A stretch of 64,000 nt of DNA, from the NCBI GenBank assembly GCA_965243135.1, contig OZ251539.1, forward strand, positions 2,432,001 through 2,496,000, written 5' to 3'. This stretch comes from Alphaproteobacteria bacterium. Its GTDB lineage: Bacteria > Pseudomonadota > Alphaproteobacteria > MPNO01 > UBA830. The notes under the pieces are model-generated. The model was not told the origin of the DNA. It made no database searches and saw only the letters and a list, made by a program, of their open reading frames with translations. Position numbers and translations under genes: made by a program. This document shows positions 51,959 to 62,206 of the stretch, one piece after another (positions within the stretch are counted from its first letter, which is position 1; each line of letters starts with the position of its first letter).

Positions 51959-52144
51959 CTTGATTCTCCATGACGCATGTATAAAAAAACCGACAAGTCA
52001 CGCAGATTAGTCCATCGGCAACGGGGAGCGCAATTGGTCCAAGGCAGGTGGGCCTGAGTGCGGCAATACTTGCCCCCAAACGTTGACATCCTGCACCACA
52101 CATAAGGGTGCGACGGATTGCGCAGCATGTCAAGAGTCGGCACT

Positions 52145-53075
52145 TCGGCTGTAACGAATGATATGGTCGATACCAGACGAGCTGCTCGGTCTTAAAATCA
52201 GGAGATGCGTTGGACGAAACAACTGCAAGAACTGAAGAAGTTCGACAGTCGTACCCACTGAGGTGTGTCGAGCCAAGGCGAAGCGGCGTAGGCGTTTCGG
52301 AGCGCACCTTCCGGCGCTGGCGCGATCGCTACGAGACCGAGGAAATGAAAGGGCTCCATGACCGTCGTTTACCTCGGCGCAACGCGCATCGACGCGAACG
52401 GTCGTGCCGGGCGCTGCCCCAAGACGGCTCTCGCGGTAAGCGGGTGCTAGAAGTGGGATCTGATCGTCACCATGAACGACGCCATCAGCGAGGTCTGCTT
52501 CGCCTTCTTCGTCGCCGAAGAGGGCACTATGTCGAGTTTCAGGGCGTTTCGCGGAACGACCCGCGAACGCGGGCCGTTCCGCTCGCTCCAACCGCGGCAC
52601 CCGGTACTCGCGCATCGGCGAGGCCGGCGGCAAGGTCGATAAGGACAACCCAACTCGGCATCGAGATGATCCCGGCTTACTTCCCCGCAGACCACCGACA
52701 TGGCCGAGGCCAATCGCTTCCTCAGGAAGGTCTACCTGCCGGACCACGACGGACGCTTCGCGACCCCGTCCAAGGTCGATGAGTCGGCCTTCGTGCACTT
52801 CGTAGGCGCTCTGGACGTCGCCCTCTGCGTCCACGAGGAATGCGCCGTCTCGAACGATGATAACGTGCGAGGGACTCAGCTTCCCGCTGTCCGCCACCGC
52901 TACGTCAGGGCCATGATCCAGGTTCACGAGCACCCCGACCGCGCACCCGTCCTCGCTGGCTTCCACGACCCGGGCGCCGCGCCTACTACCAAGCCGACGG
53001 GTTCCTGATCGAAACCGAAACCCGAAAGGCCGCGCGATCTGCCGACGCCATGTGGACAGCCGCAACGCCGTTAAT
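52145..53075 (+). mobile_element. Third eroded ISNCY-type element
   Basis: End resembles those at 780 and 6935; GVSERTFRRWRDRYE, GLHDRRL, DLIVTMNDA, FFVAEEGTMSSF, QLGIEMIPAY, MAEANRFLRKVYLPDH; right boundary approximate. Confidence 0.78.
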
Positions 53076-53210
53076 GACGCCCGAACGCCTCGCATCTTGA
53101 CTCGCTGGCCGACTCGTTCCGATACTGCCTTGGCAACAGGGATTGCTGTCCGCCTGCGCCAAACATCGGAATCGCCGGGCGGCTCGGAAGAACGAAAGGG
53201 AGAATTCGCC

Positions 53211-54197
53211 GTGAAAAAGTTCTCGATCGCCGCCGCTGTCGTCGCGACGCTGGTTGCGGCCCCGGCGGCGCAAGCCGCCGAAGTCGCGCTGAAGGGAATT
53301 TCGGCGTGGCCCAAGACGTTTCCGCTGACGCCCGACTTCCTGCGCTTCATCGAAGAGGCGAACGAGCGCGGCAAGGGCCACTTCAAGATCGCCCATATCG
53401 GCGGACCGGAAATTTCCAAGGCGCCGGCCCAGTCGAAAGGGTTCAAGTCCGGCCTCTACGACCTGATGTTCACCGCCGCGAGCTACCATCGGGGCGTCGC
53501 GCCCGAGGTGGATGCGCTCTCGGCGACCCAGATGAAACCCTGGACGGCAAGAAAGAACGGAGGGATGGCGGCGCTGAACGCAGCCGTCACGAAACGGCTC
53601 GACGGAATCATCCTCGCGCAGTGCGCGACCAGCGTCTCCTTCATTCTCTACCTCAACCGCGAACCGAAGCGGGCCGCGGACGGCATGGTGTCGCTCGAGG
53701 GCTTCAAGATGCGGTCGGTGCCGATATACGACGGTTTTCTCAGGGAGCTCGGCGCGACCACCGTCACCGTGCAGGTGCCGGAACTCTACAACGCGCTCGA
53801 ACGCGGGCTGGTCGACGGATTCGCGTTCCCGGAACTGTGGACCCGCCGCAGCGGCTGGGCGAAATTCGTCAAGTTTCGCGTCTATCCCAGATTCTATCAG
53901 CTCGAACCCAGCATCTTCGTCTCCAACAAGGCCCTGAAGAAGCTCTCCGGGAAGGGCCGGGAAATCCTTCTCAAGGCGGGAGAGGACTGGGAACGCGTCT
54001 CGCATGACTACTGGAAGCCGCTCATCGAGAAGGAACGCGAGATTCTGGCCGGGGAATTCGGGCAGAAAGAAATCCGGCAGACGGACGCAGCGGCCGACAG
54101 ATACATCGCCCTCGCCAACACCGTCCCGATCGAACGGCTCAAGAAGGTGTCGACGCCCGAGGCGAAAATCCTCAGCAAGATCTATCACGGCCAGTAG
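53211..54197 (+). CDS. dctP: TRAP transporter substrate-binding protein (DctP family)
   Basis: Signal peptide, GFKMRS, ELYNALERGLVDG; GGAG RBS, GTG start. Confidence 0.88.
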   Translation: MKKFSIAAAVVATLVAAPAAQAAEVALKGISAWPKTFPLTPDFLRFIEEANERGKGHFKIAHIGGPEISKAPAQSKGFKSGLYDLMFTAASYHRGVAPEVDALSATQMKPWTARKNGGMAALNAAVTKRLDGIILAQCATSVSFILYLNREPKRAADGMVSLEGFKMRSVPIYDGFLRELGATTVTVQVPELYNALERGLVDGFAFPELWTRRSGWAKFVKFRVYPRFYQLEPSIFVSNKALKKLSGKGREILLKAGEDWERVSHDYWKPLIEKEREILAGEFGQKEIRQTDAAADRYIALANTVPIERLKKVSTPEAKILSKIYHGQ

Positions 54198-54230
54198 GCC
54201 GCCCGGCGGCGGCCCGCGCGCGCAAGACCC

Positions 54231-54743
54231 ATGAAGACGGTCTCACGCGCTTATGACAACCTGATCATCGGGCTGGCGATCACCGCCGGCCTGATGCTCG
54301 CCGTGATCTTCGTCGGCATCATCGCGGACGTCACCGTCCGCTCCGCCGGATACAACGCGCTTCAGTGGTACAGCGCGGTTGCGGAGTATTGCCTGCTGTT
54401 TTCGACCATGCTTGGCGCGCCTTGGTTGGTGCGGCTCAAGGGCCATGTGGTGGTGGAGTCGCTCACCATGGCGATGCCCGCGGCGCTGCGGCGCCTGATC
54501 GCCAAGGCCGTCTACCTGCTTTGCATCGTTTTGTCGCTCTTGTTCGTCTACTACGGCTACGCGGAAATGGCGGGCGCCTTCGCTTCGGGCGATCTGGACC
54601 TCCGCTCCATAGACATGCCGAAGTGGATCCTCTACCTGCCCTTTCCCGTCGGCTTCACCTTGGTCGCGATCGAGTTCGGGCGCTATCTGTTCGGCTCGGA
54701 CTCGTACTATTCCGGCAAGGCCGGTTCGTCGGAATCGCTCTGA
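54231..54743 (+). CDS. dctQ: TRAP small permease (DctQ)
   Basis: 4 TM, GAPWLVRLKGHVVVE. Confidence 0.88.
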   Translation: MKTVSRAYDNLIIGLAITAGLMLAVIFVGIIADVTVRSAGYNALQWYSAVAEYCLLFSTMLGAPWLVRLKGHVVVESLTMAMPAALRRLIAKAVYLLCIVLSLLFVYYGYAEMAGAFASGDLDLRSIDMPKWILYLPFPVGFTLVAIEFGRYLFGSDSYYSGKAGSSESL

Positions 54744-56071
54744 TGGAGTTGCTCGCGGAGTGGTACGCCATCGCCGGATTCCTGGTCGGCATGGTCATCG
54801 TCTTCATGCTGCTGGGAATTCCAGTCGCGTTCGCTTTCCTCGCCGCCAACGTCGTCGGCGCCATGATCTTCATGGGCGGGCTCGACGCGATGCCGCAGAT
54901 CGTCGTCAACGCGGTGGAATCGGTGACGATCTTCGCCCTGATTCCCGTTCCGCTCTTCATCATCATGGGCGAACTGTTTTTCCACACCGGGCTTGCGGTG
55001 CGCGTCTTCGACACGCTCGACCTCTGTTTCGGTCGGCTGCCGGGGCGGCTTTCCTATATCACGGTGGCGGGCGGCACGATCTTCGCCACGCTTTCGGGCT
55101 CGACGATGGCGAACACCGCGATGATGGGGTCGATGATGGTCCCCGAAATGACGAGCCGCGGCTACAAGAAGCACATGTCGATGGGGCCGATTCTCGGAAC
55201 CGGCGGCCTCGCGATGATCATCCCGCCTTCCGCCCTCGCCGTGCTGCTGGCGAGCCTCGCGGAAATAGACATCGGCAGGCTGCTCGTCGCCGGCGTGCTG
55301 CCGGGGCTGGTGCTCGCGATCCTCTATTCGATCCTGATCTACGCCCAGGTCAAGATCGATCCTGATGCGGCGCCTGCGTATTCCGTCGAAAACCACTCTC
55401 TCGGGCAGATCGCGTTGTCGGTGATCGTCAATGTGCTGCCGATGGGGCTGGTGGTGTTCTGCGTCATCGGACTGATCATCCTCGGCATCGCGACGCCGAC
55501 CGAGGCGGCCGGCTTCGGCGCCCTGGGCGTCCTGATGCTGGCGATCGTCTATCGCGTCGTTTCCTGGCAAATCCTCGTCAAGTCCTTTGCCGGTTCCCTG
55601 CGGGTGACGGCGATGGTGCTGCTGATCATCCTGGCCTCCTCCACGTTCAGCCAGCTTCTCGCCTTCACCGGAGCCAGCGGCGGATTGATCGCGTGGGCTA
55701 CGACGGTCGAGCTCGCTCCTGTCGTCATGCTGTTGATCATGTTCGCGGTGCTGCTCGTCCTCGGCATGTTCATGGATCAGGTTTCGATGATGCTGCTGAC
55801 CGTCCCGATTTTCTTTCCGCTCGCGGAGACGCTGCAGTTCGACCTGATCTGGTTCGGACTCGTGATGCTTCTGGCGCTGGAGATCAGCCTGACGACGCCG
55901 CCCTTCGGACTTCTTCTTTTCGTCATGATGGGGGTGGCGCCGCGCGGCACCAGCCTCTGGCAGGTCGCGTATGCCGCCGCGCCCTACATCGGATGCGCCT
56001 TGATCGTCCTCGTGCTCCTGATCCTCTTCCCCGGGCTCGCGACCTATCTCCCGGGGCTGATGAGCAGGTAG
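54743..56071 (+). CDS. dctM: TRAP large permease (DctM)
   Basis: PVPLFIIMGEL, IIPPS, TPTEAA, TPPFG. Confidence 0.92.
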   Translation: MELLAEWYAIAGFLVGMVIVFMLLGIPVAFAFLAANVVGAMIFMGGLDAMPQIVVNAVESVTIFALIPVPLFIIMGELFFHTGLAVRVFDTLDLCFGRLPGRLSYITVAGGTIFATLSGSTMANTAMMGSMMVPEMTSRGYKKHMSMGPILGTGGLAMIIPPSALAVLLASLAEIDIGRLLVAGVLPGLVLAILYSILIYAQVKIDPDAAPAYSVENHSLGQIALSVIVNVLPMGLVVFCVIGLIILGIATPTEAAGFGALGVLMLAIVYRVVSWQILVKSFAGSLRVTAMVLLIILASSTFSQLLAFTGASGGLIAWATTVELAPVVMLLIMFAVLLVLGMFMDQVSMMLLTVPIFFPLAETLQFDLIWFGLVMLLALEISLTTPPFGLLLFVMMGVAPRGTSLWQVAYAAAPYIGCALIVLVLLILFPGLATYLPGLMSR

Positions 56072-56078
56072 TTTCCCG

Positions 56079-58427
56079 ATGCGAACCCCGCCCTCCGGCA
56101 TGCTCGTCGGATCTTCGCCGTCCCGGCTCATGGCGCGCCGTGCGGTCAGCGGACGAGCGCGGCACGTCGACGACCTGGCGTTGCCGCGCATGACGGACGC
56201 CGCCTACGTCCGCAGCCCGTTCGCCCATGCCGACATTCTGGAAATCGACGCCGGCGCCGCCCGGGCGCTGCCGGGCGTAGTCGCCGTCGTCACCGGCTCC
56301 GAAATCGCCGAACGCATGACGCCGTGGATGGGCGTGATGCGGAATCAACCGAACCTGCGCACGGCGCCGCAATACGCGCTCGCGGTCGACCGGGCGCTGT
56401 GGCAGGGAGAACCGGTTGCGGCGGTGGTCGCCGAGAACCGCGCCGTCGCCGAGGATGCCGCGGAGATGGTCCGGGTCGAATGGCGGGAGCGGCCCGCGGT
56501 CGCGGACATGGAAAGGGCGCTCCACTCGCCGGTTCTGCATCCGTCGCTCGACGACAACCGCATGTACCGGCGCAGCGTGGACAAGGGAGACGTCGACGGC
56601 GCGTTCGACGCCGCGGCCCATGTCGTCGAGGAAGTCTTTCGCTTCGCCCGCCACACCGGCGTCACGCCCGAGCCCCGCTCCGTGGTCTCGTCGTATGACC
56701 CGTCCGAAGGCCGCCTGACCGTCTGGTACGGCGGCCAGGCGCCGCACATGATCCAGGCGCTCTTCTCGCGCCATCTCGGCATCCCGGAACGGGATATCCG
56801 AATCGTAACCATGGACTGCGGCGGCTCGTACGGGATCAAGAGCCACCTCTACGGCGACGAGTTCGCCACGGCGGTCCTTTCCGTCATGCTCGGACGGCCG
56901 GTTCGATACCGCGCCGACCGCCTGGAGTCGTTCGTATCCGACGTTCACGCCCGCCATCACCGGATTCGCGCGCGTCTGGCGGTCGACGAGGACGGCCGCA
57001 TCCTCGGCTTCGAGATGGACGACCTTGTCGGCGGCGGCGCCTACTCCGCCTACCCGCGCACCAGCTGCGTCGAAGCCAACCAGGTTCTGAACGTCGCCGG
57101 GGGGCCGTACCGGATCCCGAATTACCGCGCCGCGACGACCGTGGTGTTTCAGAACCTGCCTCCGATATCCCAATATCGCGCGGTCGGCCATCCGATGGGC
57201 ATCGTCGCCTGCGACAGCCTGCTCGAACGAGCCGCCGGCAAGGTCGGCCTCGACCGCCTGGAAATCCGCCGCCGGAATTTCGTGCCGGACGATTCCTATC
57301 CGGCGGCGGCCCCCTCCGGCCTCGAGCTGGACGAACTGTCCCATCAGGCCTGCCTCGAGAAACTGGTCGCGGAACTGGATTGCGACCGGCTGCTCGCGGA
57401 CCAGGCGGCGCGGCGGGACGAGGGAATCCTCCGCGGCGTCGGTTTCGCGAGCTTCATCAAGGGAACCAATCCGGGCACGACGATCTACGGTCCCGCAGGG
57501 GTTCCGGTCTCGGGCCAGGACGGCGTCACGATGCGCTTCGAGCCGGGCGGCGGCGTCACCTGCCTGACCGCCGTCACCGAACAGGGGCAGGGAACCGAAA
57601 CCGTTCTTGCCCAGATCGCCGCTTCGGTCATCGGCATCTCGTTCGAAAGCGTGCGCGTCATCACCGGCGACACGGATTCCATGCCCTACGGCGGCGGCAC
57701 GTACGGTTCGCGCGGCGCGGGCATCGGCGGAGAGACCTGCAGGCGCGCGGCATCGGCCCTCCGCGCCAAACTGCTGGAGACGGCGGGCGTCCTGCTTCAG
57801 GCTCGCCCCGAAGAACTCGACATCGCCGACGGCGCCGTGATCGATCGAAAGGGCGGCGCGCAGCGAATGACCCTCGCGGCGCTCGGAAACATCGCGTTCC
57901 TGCGCAGCCACGAGTTGCCGGACGATTACCATCCGGAACTGGTCGCGACTGCGCGGTTCCGGCTGCGGGACTACGTCTTCACCAACGCCGCCCACGGCGC
58001 CTACGTCGAGGTCGATCCCGACACCGGTTTCGTCAAGGTGCTGGATTACCGGGTCGTCGAAGATTGCGGCAGGGTCATCAACCCCTTGCTCGTCGCCGAA
58101 CAGCAGCGCGGAGCCGTCGTGCAGGGCCTCGGCGACGCGCTCTACGAGCACTGCCTGTACGACGATGCGGGTCAGCTTCGCAACGGCACCATGGCGGACT
58201 ACCTGCTTCCCATGGCCGCCGAAATGCCCGACATCTCCGTTGCCCATGTGACCACCTTCACCTCCAAAACCACGCTTGGCGCCAAGGGAGCCGGCGAAAG
58301 CGGCACCGCCGGCGCACCGCAAACCATCCTGAGCGCCGTCAACGACGCCATTGCGCCCCTTGGCGGCCGGGTCAGCGCGGTCCCCGTCTCACCGGAAGAC
58401 GTGCTGAAAGCGCTGGGACGAATCTGA
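56079..58427 (+). CDS. Xanthine dehydrogenase-family molybdopterin-binding large subunit (CoxL/CutL-like)
   Basis: VRSPFAHA, GGSYGIK, QYRAVG, EQGQGTET, GTYGSR, GAKGAGE. Confidence 0.9.
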   Translation: MRTPPSGMLVGSSPSRLMARRAVSGRARHVDDLALPRMTDAAYVRSPFAHADILEIDAGAARALPGVVAVVTGSEIAERMTPWMGVMRNQPNLRTAPQYALAVDRALWQGEPVAAVVAENRAVAEDAAEMVRVEWRERPAVADMERALHSPVLHPSLDDNRMYRRSVDKGDVDGAFDAAAHVVEEVFRFARHTGVTPEPRSVVSSYDPSEGRLTVWYGGQAPHMIQALFSRHLGIPERDIRIVTMDCGGSYGIKSHLYGDEFATAVLSVMLGRPVRYRADRLESFVSDVHARHHRIRARLAVDEDGRILGFEMDDLVGGGAYSAYPRTSCVEANQVLNVAGGPYRIPNYRAATTVVFQNLPPISQYRAVGHPMGIVACDSLLERAAGKVGLDRLEIRRRNFVPDDSYPAAAPSGLELDELSHQACLEKLVAELDCDRLLADQAARRDEGILRGVGFASFIKGTNPGTTIYGPAGVPVSGQDGVTMRFEPGGGVTCLTAVTEQGQGTETVLAQIAASVIGISFESVRVITGDTDSMPYGGGTYGSRGAGIGGETCRRAASALRAKLLETAGVLLQARPEELDIADGAVIDRKGGAQRMTLAALGNIAFLRSHELPDDYHPELVATARFRLRDYVFTNAAHGAYVEVDPDTGFVKVLDYRVVEDCGRVINPLLVAEQQRGAVVQGLGDALYEHCLYDDAGQLRNGTMADYLLPMAAEMPDISVAHVTTFTSKTTLGAKGAGESGTAGAPQTILSAVNDAIAPLGGRVSAVPVSPEDVLKALGRI

Positions 58428-58606
58428 CCTGAGAGCAGGGTTGGCAGTCGCAGCGGCGCTGGCCTCCGCCCCACGTGGAGAACGGCGTCCACCGCCTGTC
58501 GCCCGCAATGCCCGTCTGGCCGGGGCACCCGCATAAGTCGCGACCCGGACGATCGAAGAAGCCCTTTCCTCCATCGCGAAAGCGGGGTGCGTTGGCCGCC
58601 GGCCGT

Positions 58607-59035
58607 TCATGTCGGCGCAACCGACCAAGGGTCGACAAGATCGACTCCCGCACCTTCGAAATCCCGCACGTTTCGAGTCACCAAGACAGCGCCGCACGAG
58701 CGGGATATAGCGGCGATCTGGCAGTCAGCCTCGCTGATCGGCCGGCCTGCGCGGCGCCTGTGGGCCGCTATCTCCGCATAGGCTCGGGCAGCGGCGCTGT
58801 CGAACGGCAGAATCCGCTCGCGAAAGCCAAGGGCAAGCCACCGGGTAATGATGTCCTCCAGCATGGCACGTCGCCTGCCCGTCGGCATGATCGCGACACC
58901 ATAAAGAAGCTCCGCTTCGCTGATCGCCGTCAGAAACAACTCCTCCGCATCCCGCTCCGCGATCCACGCCGCGACCGCGGGCGCCGGCACCGGCCGCATG
59001 ATTTCGGAAACCACATTCGTGTCGAGCGTAAACAT
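58607..59035 (-). CDS. PIN-domain toxin (FitB/VapC type)
   Basis: LDTNVVSE, EAELLYG, DCQIAAI, VTRNVRDF. Confidence 0.92.
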   Translation of the reverse strand: MFTLDTNVVSEIMRPVPAPAVAAWIAERDAEELFLTAISEAELLYGVAIMPTGRRRAMLEDIITRWLALGFRERILPFDSAAARAYAEIAAHRRRAGRPISEADCQIAAISRSCGAVLVTRNVRDFEGAGVDLVDPWSVAPT

Positions 59036-59045
59036 CCGACGCGGA

Positions 59046-59291
59046 TCAGACGAAGTCCAGAGGTTCGCGCATCGGGCCTCGCGGCGGAAGTTCGAGCTCG
59101 ACACCGTCAAGGGGCGCGAAGCACTCGCGGGTGAACTTGGCCAAGTCCCGGGGGCCAGTTCCCCCGTCGCTCACGGCCTCGCGCAGAATGATGCGCACCT
59201 CCTCTTCCATTGATCGGCTGTGCTCGGCGGCGCGTATGCGCAGACGCGTCTTCACGCCGTCATCGAGATTGCGGATCGTGATGCTCGCCAC
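59046..59291 (-). CDS. FitA/StbC-like RHH antitoxin
   Basis: ASITIRNLDD..LRIRAAEHSRSMEEEVRIIL; GGAGG RBS. Confidence 0.9.
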   Translation of the reverse strand: MASITIRNLDDGVKTRLRIRAAEHSRSMEEEVRIILREAVSDGGTGPRDLAKFTRECFAPLDGVELELPPRGPMREPLDFV

Positions 59292-59327
59292 TGGCCAACC
59301 CTCCTCCCGGTTCGGAAACGCCCTGAT

Positions 59328-59354
59328 TATTGCATGCTTGCAGTGCATGCAATA
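59328..59354. promoter_or_regulatory. Inverted-repeat operator of the TA operon
   Basis: TATTGCATGC-N7-GCATGCAATA, perfect 10-bp arms. Confidence 0.65.
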
Positions 59355-59543
59355 GCGAGTTCAATATTAAGGCATTGCGTGCGCGGAGCTACCTCCCATG
59401 CTTGCGCTCACTGTTCCATGCGGCCAATCCGTCCTGATAGCTCGCCTTTTATTCAAATAAAGGGACCTGATTCGCTCGCCGTATCGTGGTTCCAACCGGA
59501 CGATTGCTCCGAAAGCGCGCTCGCAACTCAGCGAGGCCTCCAG

Positions 59544-60734
59544 CTAGAATCGGCCCCCTGACTTCGCCACCCAGACGGACAGGAGGCAGAGAAGCATAAT
59601 CCCGGCCGAGCCGACGGCGTAGAAGGCGTATTCCAGTCCGACCAGTTCCGCGAGGCCTCCCATGACGACCGGAAAAACGGCGTTTCCAAGGCGATTGAAG
59701 GAAATGCGGAGCGCGGCGACGCGCCCCTGAAGATCCGGCGCGACGGCGCGTGCAGCGATCGACATCATCAACGGCAGGTTGAGCCCCTGCCCCGCGCCGC
59801 GCAAGCCGATCGCGACGGCCAGCAGGACGAAGCCCTCGATCATCGGCGTGAAGGCGATCCCGACGATGGCCAGACCGACGGTCACGATCAACAACCAGTA
59901 GTCGGCGATGCGGCGGGTCAACGGGCCGACCGACAGCGCCGCCAGCGCGGAGACGCCGTTCCCGATCCCGATCAACAGCCCGATCGCGTCGGCGGAAAAG
60001 CCGATCCCGTCGAGCCAGACCGCGTAAAAGGACGCCTGCATGCCCGAACCCGTCTGCCGAAGAAAGGTGGCCGCGATCACCAGCGCGATCGCCGTGAGCG
60101 CGAGCATCCGAAACGTCACGCGGTAGTCCGACGCTTTCGGCAAAACGTCCGCACGGCGGGAAACCGCCCCGCCGCCGACGCGGCGCGGCAGGAAGGACGC
60201 CGCGACGACGCCGCCGAACGACCAGAGGGCGAAGAACAGAAAGCCGCCCGCCGGTCCGAACTGCACCCACGAAAATCCGACCAGAAACGGTCCAAGCATG
60301 CCGCCGACGCGCGCGCAGGCGGTCATCCGGCCGGCGTAGACGGGTTGGCCCCGCATCAACTGGCCGACAGCCGCCTGGGCGCCGATCCAGCTGGTGGTTT
60401 CCGCGAACCCGACGATCATCTGCAACAGGATCACCGCCCACAGGAAGGGGAGAACCGGAAACAGCAGGGTGGACGCCGTGCCGACGAAGCCGAGAATCAT
60501 GATCACGTTGCGCGGGCCGAATCGGTCGAGCAGCGCGCCGCCGTGGATCGACAGGGTCACCGGCAGCAGCTGGCGGCTGGCCACCACGATTCCGATCTCC
60601 AACGGCGACGCGCCCAACTCCAGCGCCCAGAGCGGCATCACCACATGGCTCATGGGAAAGAGATTGCCCGCGAAGAACGCCACGCCGTAGACGGGAACCT
60701 GAAGCCGCCAGGAAAAAGGCGCATGAGCGTGCAT
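59544..60734 (-). CDS. MFS transporter
   Basis: GALLDRFGPR motif A, QGRV, ~12 TM. Confidence 0.88.
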   Translation of the reverse strand: MHAHAPFSWRLQVPVYGVAFFAGNLFPMSHVVMPLWALELGASPLEIGIVVASRQLLPVTLSIHGGALLDRFGPRNVIMILGFVGTASTLLFPVLPFLWAVILLQMIVGFAETTSWIGAQAAVGQLMRGQPVYAGRMTACARVGGMLGPFLVGFSWVQFGPAGGFLFFALWSFGGVVAASFLPRRVGGGAVSRRADVLPKASDYRVTFRMLALTAIALVIAATFLRQTGSGMQASFYAVWLDGIGFSADAIGLLIGIGNGVSALAALSVGPLTRRIADYWLLIVTVGLAIVGIAFTPMIEGFVLLAVAIGLRGAGQGLNLPLMMSIAARAVAPDLQGRVAALRISFNRLGNAVFPVVMGGLAELVGLEYAFYAVGSAGIMLLCLLSVWVAKSGGRF

Positions 60735-60837
60735 GCCCGCGTATGCCCGAGTCCCCGGCCGATCGCAAGCGAACGCCGCCGCGGGCTCGCGCCTGTCGTA
60801 TAATGCCCTAACAGATCACGGCTCCGGGAATCGTTCC

Positions 60838-62028
60838 ATGACCACCAGCCTCCAAGTGCTTTCGCATATCACGGTTCTGGATCTCACCCGGGCCCGCGCC
60901 GGACCGACGGCGGTGCGCCAACTCGCCGACTGGGGCGCTCAGGTCATCAAAATCGAAACGCCGGGAGCGCCCGACAGCGCCGACCTCGGCCGCCGTCACG
61001 GAGCGGATTTTCAGAATCTTCATCGAAACAAGCAATCGATGACCCTCGACCTCAAGTCCGAGGCGGGCCGGGAGATTTTCTATCGCATGGCGGAAACTGC
61101 GGACGTGGTGGTCGAGAACATGAGGCCCGGCGTCAAGCGCAGGCTCATGGTCGATTACGAGACGCTCCGTACGCGCAATCCCCGCCTCGTCTACGGGAGC
61201 ATTTCAGGATACGGGCAGGACGGCCCTTACGCCGAACGCCCCTGCCTGGACCAGATCGCCCAAGGCATGGGCGGGCACATGATGGTCACCGGCGAACCGG
61301 GGGCCGGACCCATGCGCTCGGGCGCGGCGATCAGCGACATCACCGCCGGGCTTCTGTGCGCCAACGGCATCATGCTGGCGCTGTACGAACGGGAACGGTC
61401 GGGCGAGGGACAATGGGTGCAGACATCGCTGCTCGAGGCGCAGATATTCCTGCTCGACTTCCAGGCGGCTCGCTGGCTCGTCGAGAGCGAAGTTCCGCCG
61501 CAGGCAGGTCTCCACCACCCGTCCATCGCGCCGATGGGCGCGTTTCGGACGAGCGACGGCCACATCAACATCGCGCCGATGCCCGACATGTGGGAGCGCT
61601 TCTGCAAGACCCTAGGCCTGCAGACGCTGGTCGCCGATCCGCGTTTCGCCACCTTCGAAGCCCGATACGCGAACCGCAAAGCCTTGAACGCGGAAATCGA
61701 AGAAGTGACGGCGACCCGCGACGCCGCCCACTGGATCGAACGGCTGAACGAGGCCCGCATACCCTGCGGGCCGATATACGCCATTGATCGAACGTTCGCC
61801 GACCCGCAGGTTCGGCATACCGGGATCGCCCGCAGAATCGAATCTCCCGGGCTGGGAGAAATCGAGATCGTCGGGCAACCGCTGCATCTGACCCGGACGC
61901 CGGACCGGATCGAGACAGGCGAAGCAACCGCCACCCCCGACTACGGCCAGCACACCGAGGAAATACTACAACGCTACGGCTATTCCGACGAAGACATCGC
62001 CGCCCAGCGCGCCGACGGCGTTCTATGA
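60838..62028 (+). CDS. CaiB/BaiF class III CoA-transferase
   Basis: VLDLT..AGP, VIKIE, HRNKQS, VENMRPG, ISGYGQDGP, GQHTEEIL. Confidence 0.93.
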   Translation: MTTSLQVLSHITVLDLTRARAGPTAVRQLADWGAQVIKIETPGAPDSADLGRRHGADFQNLHRNKQSMTLDLKSEAGREIFYRMAETADVVVENMRPGVKRRLMVDYETLRTRNPRLVYGSISGYGQDGPYAERPCLDQIAQGMGGHMMVTGEPGAGPMRSGAAISDITAGLLCANGIMLALYERERSGEGQWVQTSLLEAQIFLLDFQAARWLVESEVPPQAGLHHPSIAPMGAFRTSDGHINIAPMPDMWERFCKTLGLQTLVADPRFATFEARYANRKALNAEIEEVTATRDAAHWIERLNEARIPCGPIYAIDRTFADPQVRHTGIARRIESPGLGEIEIVGQPLHLTRTPDRIETGEATATPDYGQHTEEILQRYGYSDEDIAAQRADGVL

Positions 62029-62206
62029 CGGAAAGAGCGTCTGCGCCTCGATCAATCCGCGGTTATTGCGGAAAACGGCAGGGCCCTCCTTCCTTGATTT
62101 CGGTTCTCCGGTTCCCGCGCGTTCCGCGACCTCCGAAACGCGGCGCATGGCCTGAGAAATCCAAGGCAGCATCCAAACGCCAAACTCCCGGCAAGGAGTG
62201 AAACAA

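Noticed and set aside
56079-58427. True aerobic CO dehydrogenase
   Set aside because: Lacks AYxCSFR and coxM/coxS/accessory genes.
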